From Candidatus Babeliales bacterium (GTDB taxonomy: Bacteria > Babelota > Babeliae > Babelales > Vermiphilaceae), in the NCBI GenBank assembly GCA_963743635.1, contig CAVUQO010000002.1:384001-448000 (forward strand): a DNA stretch of 64,000 nt, read 5' to 3'. The position numbers and the translations under genes are program-made. Positions 31,298 to 41,633 of this stretch are shown in pieces. How positions within the stretch are numbered: the stretch's first letter is position 1; every line of letters begins with the position of its first letter. A model generated the notes under the pieces. It saw nothing but the letters and a program-made list of their open reading frames with translations. It was not told where the DNA came from and searched no databases.

Positions 31298-31669
31298 ATG
31301 ATCACTATACGAAACATCTTTTGCGCAATCATGTTGGTGAGCACTGCATCGCTCTTCGCTATGGATGCGAACAAGGAAATGAAAAAGGCAGCGGATGAAG
31401 CGTATGCACGTACGCAGGTAGAGCTTGCATTGAAGCGAGTAAATATCCCTGCAAATCTGACGCTAGCGCAACGTAAAGCTGCATGTGATAATGCAGTACA
31501 AGTAGCAACCATTTTTGGTTCTCCTTCTAAGGATCCAAAAGATTATGACGATTTTATTATTCTTGCTCTTAAGCATGAACAAGAAGGATTACCGAAAAAC
31601 TGGTGTGGGACCTGCCATCCTTCAGAATCAAAGGAACAATCGCAGCGTGATGATTCAAAGGCAGAATAG
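31298..31669 (+). CDS. Secreted hypothetical protein with C-terminal CxxCH
   Basis: Signal ends LFA|MDA; WCGTCH. Confidence 0.7.
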   Translation: MITIRNIFCAIMLVSTASLFAMDANKEMKKAADEAYARTQVELALKRVNIPANLTLAQRKAACDNAVQVATIFGSPSKDPKDYDDFIILALKHEQEGLPKNWCGTCHPSESKEQSQRDDSKAE

Positions 31670-31816
31670 CTAAAATAAGCAATTTTCCTCCCTTAAAGGC
31701 CTCTCGATCAGGAGAGGCCTTTTGCATTTGATAGATTTAACGTAGAAAACAGCGTAAATAACGTTTGATAAGCGCCTTCAATTATGCTATTTTTACTACT
31801 AAATAAATTTTGATAT

Positions 31817-31903
31817 GCCGAGGTGGTGGAACTGGCAGACACGCAGCCTTGAGGTGGCTGTGGGAGAAATCCTATAGGGGTTCGAGTCCCCTCTTCGGCA
31901 CCA
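31817..31903 (+). tRNA. tRNA-Leu(GAG)
   Basis: GCCGAGG acceptor, CAGCC-TTGAGGT-GGCTG anticodon arm, long variable arm, GGTTCGAGTCC, CCA. Confidence 0.95.
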
Positions 31904-32029
31904 GTCTTTCCTCCTGGGTTTGGGCTCGAAGTTGAACTATGGCTACGCCTGGATCGCCAGTTTATTACTCATTGAATTGTGATTATTAATATACAAAAAT
32001 GAGTTAATCCGTAAGGAAGGAAGCTGTAT

Positions 32030-33573
32030 ATGAATACAACTCAACGTCTTTCATTTTGCCTAGCATTGCGTTTTGGGTCTTTTTGGCTATCGCGGCATTG
32101 GCATTGTTATATTTTACGATGGGATAAAGCTACGATTTGGTATCGACTTGTTGGTGGTACCTATATTACTCTCCGAGTTCAAACAGATAAAGCCGTTGAA
32201 TCTGACTTGGCAGTCGCATGCAGAGCTTTCCTGATAAGCTAAAACGTGAAAGGCTCCCTATTCCCGAGAAAAAAAAATCGAAAATGAGGCTATTGATTTT
32301 GACTTTCAAGATGCGGATGCGGCTCAGAAGGCATCTTCTTTATATAAATTGCAAGAAGCGGGATTAAGCAATCGGTTGAGGGCATTGTTATTAAACTTGA
32401 TTGGATGATAAAGCACACGAATCAAGAAAGATGCCGTTACCGCAATATGGAAGTGCTTACGCGCACGATTGAATGCGTTAGGTGTTGAAGAAATTCCTAT
32501 TGCTCCACAAGGTGAACGAAATATCATTGTTGAACTTCCTGATGTTCAGGATCCTGAACAAGCAAAAGCGATGATTGGCAAGGCAGCTAATTTAGAATTC
32601 AAGCTCGTCCAAGGCGCTGGCGCAACGAAGAAGATATTCTCTATGAAAATGATGGCGTTCTGCCAGAAGGCATGAAATAGTTCCTGATACCAGCATAAAA
32701 ACGCAAGTTACTATCTTAGTACTCAAAATATGCAGAATTGACTGGCGAGAATTACTTAGATGCACGTGCAGAACTTGATCCTGCAAATAATAGCATGGTT
32801 ATTGAATTCTTGATTGAGTCCAGAAGGCGGAGAAAAATTTGAAGAATTAACGAAAAAAAATATAGGCAAAACACTTGCAGTAGTGCTTGATGGTGTTGTC
32901 GTTATCGCGCCAACTATCAATGAGTCCTATCAAAATGAAGGGTACTATTACCGGTGACTTTACACCTAGAAGCAAGCAAAAGAATTTGCTATTTTCCTTA
33001 AATCAGGTGCATTCGTTGCGCCAGTAACGTTTGAAGAAGAACGTCAAATCGGTTCAACACTTGGTAAAGAATCAATTCATCAAGGGCTTCGTGTCTTGCG
33101 CGGTTGGCTTGGACTGCTTGTTCCTGTTTAGTATCTTTTACTACAGACTCTGCGGATTACTTGCCTTTATCACCTTGATTTACAACTTGTTCTTTACGCT
33201 CCTTTGTTTGGCATGGCTTCAAGCGACGTTAACGTTGCCTGGTATTGCCGGTATGGTACTTACCGTCGGTATGGCAATTGATGCATCAATATTGATTTAT
33301 GAACGAATTAAAGAAGAATTGGCATCGGGCAAGGCGATACGCGCAGCAGTTAATGCTGGATTTGCCGATGCATTACGGGTAATTTTGGATGCTAATATCA
33401 CTACCTTTATCGTTGGCGTTGTGCTTTACCATTTTGGTACTGGCCCAATCCAAGGCTTTGCGGTAACCATGATGCTTGGCGTTATTGCCACCCTTGATTA
33501 CGGGGTTTTTCTTCTTAAAATCACTGTTCAATGTATTATTGAACAACTTTCATGTTCAAAAGCTAGAATTTAG
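32030..33573 (+). CDS. secD: Protein translocase subunit SecD (many frameshifts, probably sequencing errors)
   Basis: Fragments LRFGIDL-GGTYITL, IIVELPDVQDPEQAK.MIGK.A.LEFKL, LTLPGIAG.VLTVGMAIDA, GTGPIQGFAVT. Confidence 0.88.
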
Positions 33574-33610
33574 TTATAATAAAGGTCAAATTAGCTTAAA
33601 AATATAATTA

Positions 33611-33684
33611 GGCGACGTAGCTCAGCTGGTTAGAGCGGCGGAATCATAATCCGTAGGTCCGGGGTTCGAGTCCCTGCATCGCCA
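33611..33684 (+). tRNA. tRNA-Met(CAT), elongator-type; CCA not encoded
   Basis: GGCGACG...CATCGCCA, loop ATCATAA, GGTTCGAGTCC; one acceptor-stem mismatch. Confidence 0.88.
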
Positions 33685-33689
33685 TACTT

Positions 33690-33737
33690 CGCTCCGTTCA
33701 TCCTGAGCGATGAGCTCGGCGAAGAGTCGAAGGACGT
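33690..33737. repeat. REP-like unit directly after tRNA
   Basis: CCGTTCATCCTGAG...GTCGAAGGAC. Confidence 0.7.
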
Positions 33738-33897
33738 ATGGCTGACGCCCGTGCAGGAATTATCCAAGATATTAGCAGGCGCAGACAGAAGCTTCCATGC
33801 GGCACGAAAATCTCCCTCAAATTTCTACAATGCACACATTTCTAAAGAATAGCTTATGCATATAGGCACCAAAAAACGCACATAGGCAGATCATCAT

Positions 33898-34539
33898 ATG
33901 AACACGTTTAAAAACGTTAACTTACCAAACAGACTTACCATCATCAGACTTGTAGTCTCTCCACTTCTACTTCCTCTTTTACTCGTTGCTTTTCTTCCCG
34001 CTAACTTATTGTGGCTTAACAGCATCTTGGCGTTTCTTTTTGTGTTGTTTGGATTAACCGATTTTTTTGATGGGTATTTAGCGCGCAAGTTGCAGCAAGA
34101 AACATCGCTCGGTAAGATGCTTGATCCGATTGCCGATAAATTTTTAGTGTATTCTACGTTGGTTGCACTGCTCAAAGCAGACAAGATCTTTTTCTACTGG
34201 GTTATACTTTTTATTGGTCGTGAATTTTTTGTAATGGGTCTGCGTTCAATTGCATTGGAACATAATCTTTCAGTACCCGTCTCATGGCTTGGCAAAGTCA
34301 AAACATTCTTCCAGATGGTATTACTCACTTGGATTATTCTCAATCCTTATCAAAAAACATTGGGCTATGGATCGATCTGGAATAGCGGTGAATTGTGTTT
34401 GCTCATTATCACACTCGCTTTAACGATCATTTCCGCCTATCAATATTTCACCGCTTTTCTTATTGCATTCATGGAACAGCAGCATAAACATGAACCGCTG
34501 GACCTGAATCCGGATGATATTCATGATGACGCAGTATAA
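33898..34539 (+). CDS. pgsA: CDP-diacylglycerol--glycerol-3-phosphate 3-phosphatidyltransferase
   Basis: NLPNRLT, DFFDGYLARK...GKMLDPIADK. Confidence 0.95.
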   Translation: MNTFKNVNLPNRLTIIRLVVSPLLLPLLLVAFLPANLLWLNSILAFLFVLFGLTDFFDGYLARKLQQETSLGKMLDPIADKFLVYSTLVALLKADKIFFYWVILFIGREFFVMGLRSIALEHNLSVPVSWLGKVKTFFQMVLLTWIILNPYQKTLGYGSIWNSGELCLLIITLALTIISAYQYFTAFLIAFMEQQHKHEPLDLNPDDIHDDAV

Positions 34540-35107
34540 TTTCCTATTAGCCCTCGGGGCATATCTCATTGGATCAATTCCGACTGGATATTTGATTGCA
34601 AGATTGGCTGGTATTGCCGACATTCGCAAGCATGGTTCGGGTAACATTGGTGCAACAAACGTTGCGCGGGTACTCGGGATCCATGGTTTTTTTATAGTAT
34701 TGTGTATAGATGCGTTGAAAGCGTATGGGTATTTGCAGTATGTACGCAGCCTGGTGCCTGACGATAACTACTTGTCTGCGATTGCAGTTTTGCTCTTAGT
34801 AGGAAATGTTTATTCCCTCTTTCTGGGATTTCGTGGCGGAAAAGGAGTTGCCACGAGTGTGGGTATTATTGTGGCATTGATGCCCGGATTATTTGCGTCT
34901 ATGTTTGCGGTATGGTTCCTAGCGTATGCGCTTACCAAAACGGTGGGGATTGCATCAGTGGCTGGATGCGTTGCGTTTCCAGTATTGACATGGTATCAAT
35001 ATGGGGCAATGCACGTGTACGTTCCGCTTAGTATTTTGCTTGCAGTATCATTACTGCTTACACACCGCGCGAACATAGCTCGGTTTTTTGAGACTCTTTC
35101 TTCTTAA
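34514..35107 (+). CDS. plsY: Glycerol-3-phosphate acyltransferase
   Basis: YLIGSIP, GSGNIGATN, FRGGKGVAT, HRANI. Confidence 0.95.
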   Translation: MIFMMTQYNFLLALGAYLIGSIPTGYLIARLAGIADIRKHGSGNIGATNVARVLGIHGFFIVLCIDALKAYGYLQYVRSLVPDDNYLSAIAVLLLVGNVYSLFLGFRGGKGVATSVGIIVALMPGLFASMFAVWFLAYALTKTVGIASVAGCVAFPVLTWYQYGAMHVYVPLSILLAVSLLLTHRANIARFFETLSS

Positions 35108-35951
35108 AATGCGACTTCTCAATGAGTCCAGCCTTCATCATTTCTTTTACGAGATCATCGTATTTACGGTGATCACATAAAAACCCTTTAATGCCGACAG
35201 CTTCTGCGCCACGCAGATTCTCATGTTGGTCGTCAATCAAATAACAGTCTGCAGGGTTAAGATTATGTGCAATTAAGGTGTACATATAAATGTCTGGATA
35301 AGGCTTAATCGTTTTGATGTCAGCCGAAATAATCGTGCCATCAAATAGATTGAAAATATCAGGATATTCTTTTTTAAGCAGCTCAATTAACTGAGTGTCC
35401 ATATTGGAAATGAGATATACCTCATGCCCCCGTTTTTTACATGCACGTACTAATTCGATACCATCCTTGATGGGCTTATAAATATCGGCCCGAACTTCAG
35501 GATCAAAGATGAGTGTGGTGATTTTTTTCATAAGCAGCATTTCTGTCTTGCTCTCAAAGAATTTGTTCTCGACTGCAAGAACGTCAATATGATTATGGAT
35601 ACGAGTGATAACTTCATAACTATCAATGGTACCGGTCAACCAGTCACGCATGATCTTAGGCAGTACAACATTCTTATGCAATGGCATAAGATCGTCGTGT
35701 GCATGATGCTCAGGATCAAGTTCGTGTAAGAGTTTGAATAATTTTTCTTCAAGCTCATCAGTGTTACCACCTTTAATCATATATGCTATGATGCTGCCGC
35801 CCAAATGCTGTAATGATTTCATTTTACCCAAACGAAAGAGTACCCCATTCAAATCGAATAGAATAGCCGATGTTTTGGGGGGTGTGAATGATGCACACAA
35901 GAAAAGCATGAGTGTGCAGAAAAGCCCTGTAGATAGTAATTTCTTCATCAT
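35058..35951 (-). CDS. HAD-family phosphatase with signal-peptide-like N-terminus
   Basis: FDLNGVL, ISN, KP.PDIY, IDD..ENL motifs; MMKKLLSTGLFCTLMLFLCA leader. Confidence 0.85.
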   Translation of the reverse strand: MMKKLLSTGLFCTLMLFLCASFTPPKTSAILFDLNGVLFRLGKMKSLQHLGGSIIAYMIKGGNTDELEEKLFKLLHELDPEHHAHDDLMPLHKNVVLPKIMRDWLTGTIDSYEVITRIHNHIDVLAVENKFFESKTEMLLMKKITTLIFDPEVRADIYKPIKDGIELVRACKKRGHEVYLISNMDTQLIELLKKEYPDIFNLFDGTIISADIKTIKPYPDIYMYTLIAHNLNPADCYLIDDQHENLRGAEAVGIKGFLCDHRKYDDLVKEMMKAGLIEKSHFKKKESQKTELCSRGV

Positions 35952-36245
35952 AGTCGTTCTCCTTTAACCCTGTAATAGGGTATATTATAGTTATAGTATA
36001 CCATATCCCTATATAATTTCAATATGAAAAGATTTTTGGTTCTTAACCGGCCATTGGTGGCTCATTTTGAGGCTGTTTATACCTGGAAAAGGGGTGAAAA
36101 AGGGGTTAAAAAATGGCCAAAGAGGGGCCTTTTGAAGGATTTTCGGTGAAAAGGGGTGGGGATCCCTGAAAAGAGACCTTTCTCAAGCAAAAGAGGCACC
36201 CGATTGAGGCGCCTCTTTTAGTTTGTTCTCTATAAGATGTATTGC

Positions 36246-36539
36246 TTATTTTCGCACTACGTCTTTTACGTCTTCGATAGCTTCCATTTTTGCTTCATAA
36301 CGCTTCTGTTCTTCAGGTGTTAGTGTGCCTGCACGGCGTAGTTCTGCAATTTTATCTAAACAAGCATTAAATTCAGCTTCTAACTCTGCTAGAAATGTCT
36401 GTTTTTGTTCAGCAGTCATAGGCGAGTTTGCTCGTTTCATTTGAGCTTTTACGCGTCTTTCATCGGTAGAGTTCATTGCCAATACTGATGCGCTGTAACC
36501 CACAAGGGCAACCAAAGCCATTAATTTTAGTATCTTCAT
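36246..36539 (-). CDS. Small secreted helical protein, cassette 1
   Basis: MKILKLMALVALVGYSASVLA|MNS; AGGAG RBS. Confidence 0.8.
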   Translation of the reverse strand: MKILKLMALVALVGYSASVLAMNSTDERRVKAQMKRANSPMTAEQKQTFLAELEAEFNACLDKIAELRRAGTLTPEEQKRYEAKMEAIEDVKDVVRK

Positions 36540-36886
36540 ATTGTTTTTCTCCTAATTTATGAAGATTAATATATAACTATCAATTACCAGCATAGGGGAA
36601 AAGGCCCGTTGAAATCAATGGTTTAAGTCTTTTTTTTAATTGAATGTGCTTTCAGAGCGGCTATCCGAAGGTAAAAGTGCACTAAATCCATCTATGCAGG
36701 GCTTTTATGGCAGGTTTGGACAGGTTTGGATCCCTGGGGAATTCGGATATGAGGGCGCATCACGAATTCATCATTTTATGGTATAAGGATTTTGGGGGAA
36801 AGATTGGGATCTATGAGAAAGAGACCGTTCTCAAGCAAAAGAGGCACCCGATTGAGGCGCCTCTTTTAGTTATTATTCGCGGTGTA

Positions 36887-37204
36887 TTAGATGGTGTGTG
36901 GGAAAGCGAATTGTGCTTCATTAAGAGCGTCATTTCTCTCATCCCAGCGTTGTTTTAAAAGCTTTTGTTCTGGAGTTTTTCTTTCTTCTGCAGTCGGCGC
37001 TTTTGCTTTCTTATATTCTTCTAATATAGCGTCTTGTTCAGCTTGGATTTCTGCCAAAAGCTTTGCTTGTTCTGCTTTCGTGTAAGCTGCTTTTGCTCTC
37101 TTTAGTAGATCGGCTGCATGTGCTTTATCTGCTGCAGTCATTGCTAACGCTGATGACCCGCAACCCACAAGGGCAACTAAAGCCATTAATTTTAGTATCT
37201 TCAT
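36887..37204 (-). CDS. Small secreted helical protein, cassette 2
   Basis: MKILKLMALVALVGCGSSALA|MTA. Confidence 0.8.
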   Translation of the reverse strand: MKILKLMALVALVGCGSSALAMTAADKAHAADLLKRAKAAYTKAEQAKLLAEIQAEQDAILEEYKKAKAPTAEERKTPEQKLLKQRWDERNDALNEAQFAFPHTI

Positions 37205-37567
37205 ATTGTTTTTCTCCTAATTTATGAAGATTAATATATAACTATCAATTACCAGCATAGGGGAAAAGGCCCGTTGAAATCAATAAATCGTTTTTTTTTT
37301 TGCACATTTGGCTGCCAGAGCAGTTATCTGAAGGTCAAAGTGCGCGAAAATCGTCTACGCAGGGCTTTTATGGCAGGTTTTGACAGGTTGGGATCCCTGG
37401 GGAATTCGGATATGGGCGCATCACGAATTCATCATTTTATGGTATAAGGATTTTGGGAGAAAGATTGGGATCTATGAGAAAGAGACCTTTCTCAAGCAAA
37501 AGAGGCACCCGATTGAGGCGCCTCTTTTAGTTATTATTCGTGATGTATTAGAAGGTTGAGGGTGATA

Positions 37568-37936
37568 CTACCACGTTTCCCTAACCACGCTTGGCCAATT
37601 GTCCAATTCTCCCTGCAACATCATTCGGGTATTCCTGACTTCCGCATATATACGCTGAAGTGCCATGAGTTCCCTGAATTGTCCACTTACTGCAGTTACT
37701 GGAGTCTCATTCATAAGTTTAAATGCTTCATCTTGTACGATGCCTGCCTGCTGAATAGCGTACGTTACCATATTCTTGTCTCTGAAACCCAGAGGCGGCT
37801 TGAGGCTCTCTTGCGCAAGACGTGTAACTTCTTTGGCTGCTGCCTCTAGCCTTTGGACGTCTTCTTGGGTCACTGCGACGATAGCTTGACTGCAGCACAC
37901 CAGTGCCACTAACGCTATTGATTTTAGTATCTTCAT
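37568..37936 (-). CDS. Small secreted helical protein, cassette 3
   Basis: MKILKSIALVALVCCSQAIVA|VTQ. Confidence 0.8.
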   Translation of the reverse strand: MKILKSIALVALVCCSQAIVAVTQEDVQRLEAAAKEVTRLAQESLKPPLGFRDKNMVTYAIQQAGIVQDEAFKLMNETPVTAVSGQFRELMALQRIYAEVRNTRMMLQGELDNWPSVVRETW

Positions 37937-38179
37937 ATTGTTTTTCTCCTAATTTATGAAGATTAATATATAACTATCAATTACCAGCATAGGGGAAAAG
38001 GCCAGTTGAAATCAATGATTCAAGGATTTTTTTTAATTGAATGTGCTGCCAGAGCCGATATCCGAAGGCAAAAGTGCACGAAAATCGTCTGCGCAGGGCT
38101 TTTATGGCAGGTTTTGACAGGTTGGGATCCCTGGGAAATTAGGATATGATACCCCATCACGAACCGATCATTTTATGAT

Positions 38180-38352
38180 ATAATGAAACGCTCAACGGGT
38201 TAAAACCCGTTGTTTCGCGCTAAGCTTACTGAAATACCCAGGCTTCGCTAATACTTCGAAGTAATACCTCAGGAAGTATTTTGCTTCGTCGGGTTATTCT
38301 ATTCGCTTACATCCACGCGCTAAAGCACGTGGTTTTCGCGACCTAGAATAAA
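38180..38352 (-). mobile_element. ~170-bp multi-hairpin element (IS200/IS605- or REP-derived), copy 1
   Basis: Highly similar inverted copy at about 60477-60652; hairpins with TTTA loops. Confidence 0.75.
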
Positions 38353-38391
38353 ACTAATACCCAAGGATCGATTTTTATAAAGGAATGTGCC

Positions 38392-40127
38392 GTGAAATTT
38401 ATTGAAGTTGCAGAGTGTTTTTCTCGCATAGAGGAAACCAGTGGGCGTGTAGAAATTACCAAATTATTGGCTGATCTTTTTAAAAAGGCGCGGCCGCATG
38501 ATGCTGAAATTATCGTTAATCTCGCGATGGGGCAGTTGAATCCCCCTTATATTGGCACACAATTTAATATCGCAGAAAAAAGCATAATCAACGTCCTTGC
38601 TGAGTTTCTGGGCGTTACCGATGAAACGATTAAACGGCACATCAAAACATCGGGCGATCTTGGGTTAGTGGTCATGGATTATGAATGGCCTGCCGATGGC
38701 GGTTTGACCGTTCTGCAAGTCTATGAGGCGCTGCATCATATTGAAAAAATGAGTGGGACTGGTTCTGTAGAAGAAAAAGCAAAAAATATACGTGAATTAA
38801 TCTGGTAATCTCACGTTCCGTTGAAGCAAAATATGTGTTGCGCGTTATTTTGGGTAAATTGCGTCTTGGTTTTTCTGATATGACGATTGTTGATTCCTTA
38901 TCTTGGATGGAAGCGGGCGATAAATCATTGCGCGGTATTATCGAAAATGCGTATAACGTCTGCGTTGACCTCGGGCTTATTGCATTCGAATTCAAAGAAA
39001 ATGGCATTGACGCCGTTGAACGCATGAAAGTGCATATTGGTATTCCGATTCGTCCTGCTGCCGCAGAGCGTCTACCGACTGCGCGTGCGATTATTGAAAA
39101 ACTTGGCGTCTGCGTTGCGCAGCCAAAACTCGATGGGTTCCGATTACAAATTCACCTTGATAAACGCACTGCACGCGCGAAAGTGCATTTTTTTTCCCGC
39201 AATTTAATCGATATGTCCCACATGTTTCCTGATCTTACTCACGCAGTTGCCAGTCTTGACGTGACCGACATGATTTGTGAGGGCGAAGCGATTGTCTACG
39301 ATCCAAATACCAACACATTCCTGCCATTCCAAGAAACCGTAAAGCGCAAACGTAAGCATGGCATCGAAGAGGCAATTGAAAGCTTTCCGTTGCGCGTTTA
39401 TCTGTTTGATCTTTTGTATTTGAATGGTAAAGAGATGATGAGCAAAACGCATGAAGAGCGGCGCGATGCATTGCTCAAGATCTGCAAGCACAATACCGAT
39501 AGTCGGATTGCGGTGATCGATGAAAGGGTGATGAGGACGCCAGAGGAGCTAGAAGCCGATTTTAACGAAAACATTACCGCCGGTTTGGAAGGCTTAGTTG
39601 TGAAACGCCCCGATGCGATTTATCAGCCCGGCAAACGCAACTTTAATTGGATCAAACTTAAGCGACAAGAAGAAGGCCATCTTGAAGATACGATCGATTG
39701 CGTAATTTTGGGTTATTACCATGGCGCGGGCAAACGTGCTTCATTTGGTATCGGCGCATTCTTAGTCGGTGTTTACAACAAGCATGACGATTGCTTTGAA
39801 ACTATTGCAAAAATTGGCACCGGCATGACCGATGAAGAATGGATTATGCTGCGCAAAAAGTGTGATGAACTCGCGGTTGAAAATCGCCCTCGCAATGTGG
39901 TTTGCGCTAAAGGATTGTATCCTGATGTTTGGGTTTCGCCGGAAATGGTTTGCATGGTACGCGCTGACGAGATTACCGTATCTCCGTTACATGCAGCCGG
40001 CCAATCGGAAAAAACATTAGGATATGCATTACGTTTTCCGCGCTTTATGGGTTATCGTATTGATAAAAGTCCGCGCGAAGCTACGACGGTCAAGGAAATT
40101 GTGGGCTTGTATAAGGATCAGTTTTAG
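38392..40127 (+). CDS. lig: ATP-dependent DNA ligase (one frameshift near 38800)
   Basis: N-terminal DNA-binding domain, QPKLDGFR adenylation motif, EGLVVK, WIKLK, ALRFPRF. Confidence 0.9.
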
Positions 40128-40750
40128 TTCTTATCGCAGACTTCCCTAAAAAACGTAACCTCGGCCTTTGGATTTTCAGCACCGACGATGCTGCTGCCAA
40201 TAATAAGGCCGTTGGGTTTGACCTTGATGACGTCAAGGACGTTGGTGCGTTTGATTTTGCCCGCGATGAAGATAGGCAGATCTGTGTTGCCGCGGATCAT
40301 ATCCCAATTATCAAGAAAGATCAGTGCGTCTTTCTCATCATAGGGCTGGTAAAAAATTAATGCACTGGCGCCTATATTTTTTGCTTCTAGGGCCGATTGG
40401 CCGAGTGAGCTGGAGTCCAGCAGATCGATCATGACTTTCATGTTTCGTTTGTACGCTTCATTGCAGGTTGCGTGAATGATGTTTTGGCTTGCGCCGGCCA
40501 TGACGGTTACCCAGTCGGCTCCCGCCTGTGCAAACATTGGCACGGCATCGTAGCCGCGGTAGATCAGTTTAAGATCGACTAAGAGTTCTTTTTCGGGAAA
40601 TGCTTTTTTGAATGCTTCAACGGCGTGAAGGCCATATCGGTATATGAGTAATAAGCCTATTTCAATGATATCTACTTGATCAGCAATCTCGTGTGCAATG
40701 GCGATGGCTTTATCGAGGTCAGCTATGTCAAAGGACACTTGTAGTTTCAT
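40124..40750 (-). CDS. 3-hexulose-6-phosphate synthase/KGPDC-like (OMP decarboxylase fold)
   Basis: MKLQVSFD, IIEIG, DLK, AGADWVTVM, IAGKI, IIGSSI. Confidence 0.8.
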   Translation of the reverse strand: MKLQVSFDIADLDKAIAIAHEIADQVDIIEIGLLLIYRYGLHAVEAFKKAFPEKELLVDLKLIYRGYDAVPMFAQAGADWVTVMAGASQNIIHATCNEAYKRNMKVMIDLLDSSSLGQSALEAKNIGASALIFYQPYDEKDALIFLDNWDMIRGNTDLPIFIAGKIKRTNVLDVIKVKPNGLIIGSSIVGAENPKAEVTFFREVCDKN

Positions 40751-40807
40751 ACGATTCCTTGTTTCCAATTATCGATAGTAAACGTTGGGGAAAGTTGGCA
40801 TGGGTTA

Positions 40808-41551
40808 TTAAGAGGTGAGGATGACACGATAATGTGTTTTTTCTTTCATAACTTCTTTTCTTATTGGTCCGAAGAAATGTCTCATGTACAGCACGTACAG
40901 TGCATTGCTCATTTTGTTGATCTCTGGTTTAACATATATGTCCGGCAAGAGCAAGTTCTCGCCATCTTTGGTAACCGTGGCTCCCAGGGGGACGTAGATA
41001 TTTTCAGGTTTTGCAAAAATGTGTATGTAATCGAAATGATAGGTCGGTATTATGCCTTTTTCTGGCAGCTCTTCCTTACTTACCTTCCAAATGAACATGT
41101 CGCTCACCTCATCTTTGATTCGTTCAAATTTATACATGGCCGCGGGAACGTTTTCTTCGAGTTCCCAGTGGGCAATGGTGGTATTATTCATCATGATGGG
41201 AGTAAGGCGTGTGGTTACGATCAGATGCACTATCGGTTCTTCTTGTTTGCGAGGGAAGATAATTTGGCCATCAGGATTAGAGGTATTGATAAAGCCTTTA
41301 TAAGTTGCAAAAATCCCATTTACTGCGTTTGGATCGATAAAATCTTTGATTATGAACTTACTGGTATAGTCTGGGCGGCTGAATTTTTTGCTGGTTTTAA
41401 GGTTTTCTTCATCAGAAACCGTGAATTCTGGGTAGGGCTTGAAAAAGAGGTTAATTTGGGGGCCAGATACCAGGCGGGCTGAAAGGTTTTGGTTCAGCAT
41501 AAAACATGCTATACTACAGACAATATGGATATATTTTATATATTTCATCAT
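40808..41551 (-). CDS. Secreted hypothetical protein
   Basis: 247-aa ORF with signal-peptide-like N-terminus. Confidence 0.7.
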   Translation of the reverse strand: MMKYIKYIHIVCSIACFMLNQNLSARLVSGPQINLFFKPYPEFTVSDEENLKTSKKFSRPDYTSKFIIKDFIDPNAVNGIFATYKGFINTSNPDGQIIFPRKQEEPIVHLIVTTRLTPIMMNNTTIAHWELEENVPAAMYKFERIKDEVSDMFIWKVSKEELPEKGIIPTYHFDYIHIFAKPENIYVPLGATVTKDGENLLLPDIYVKPEINKMSNALYVLYMRHFFGPIRKEVMKEKTHYRVILTS

Positions 41552-41633
41552 TACACCCGGGGTAGACGTTCATAAACTACCAGTTACAATCAGGATACCA
41601 GAACGTGATAGAATAAAATCTATGGTTTGAGGA

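Larger units (their letters stand above)
36169..38183 (-). repeat. Three-unit tandem cassette array (conserved promoter/RBS/leader and terminator, variable payload)
   Basis: Near-identical terminator blocks (~36169-36223, 36818-36871, 37479-37532) and upstream blocks (~36540-36618, 37205-37283, 37937-38015). Confidence 0.9.

Noticed and set aside
33611..33690. tRNA-Met lacking encoded CCA with an acceptor-stem mismatch, as a possible integration scar
   Set aside because: It lies in the error-rich zone, no duplicated tRNA 3' end or integrase was seen, and CCA-less tRNA genes are common.
36080..36165. G-run-rich GAAAAGGGGT repeats at the cassette boundary as a G-quadruplex recombination signal
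   Set aside because: Loops are long and irregular and there is no further support; noted only as a compositional oddity.
36169..38183. Cassette array as a CRISPR array or integron
   Set aside because: Units are about 700 bp, each with its own promoter and terminator. There are no cas genes, integrase or recognisable attC structure.
40540..40580. HPS-like protein with DLKLIY instead of DxKxxD, suggesting an inactive enzyme
   Set aside because: A single G/T change in the error-rich interval would restore Asp, so the claim cannot be supported.
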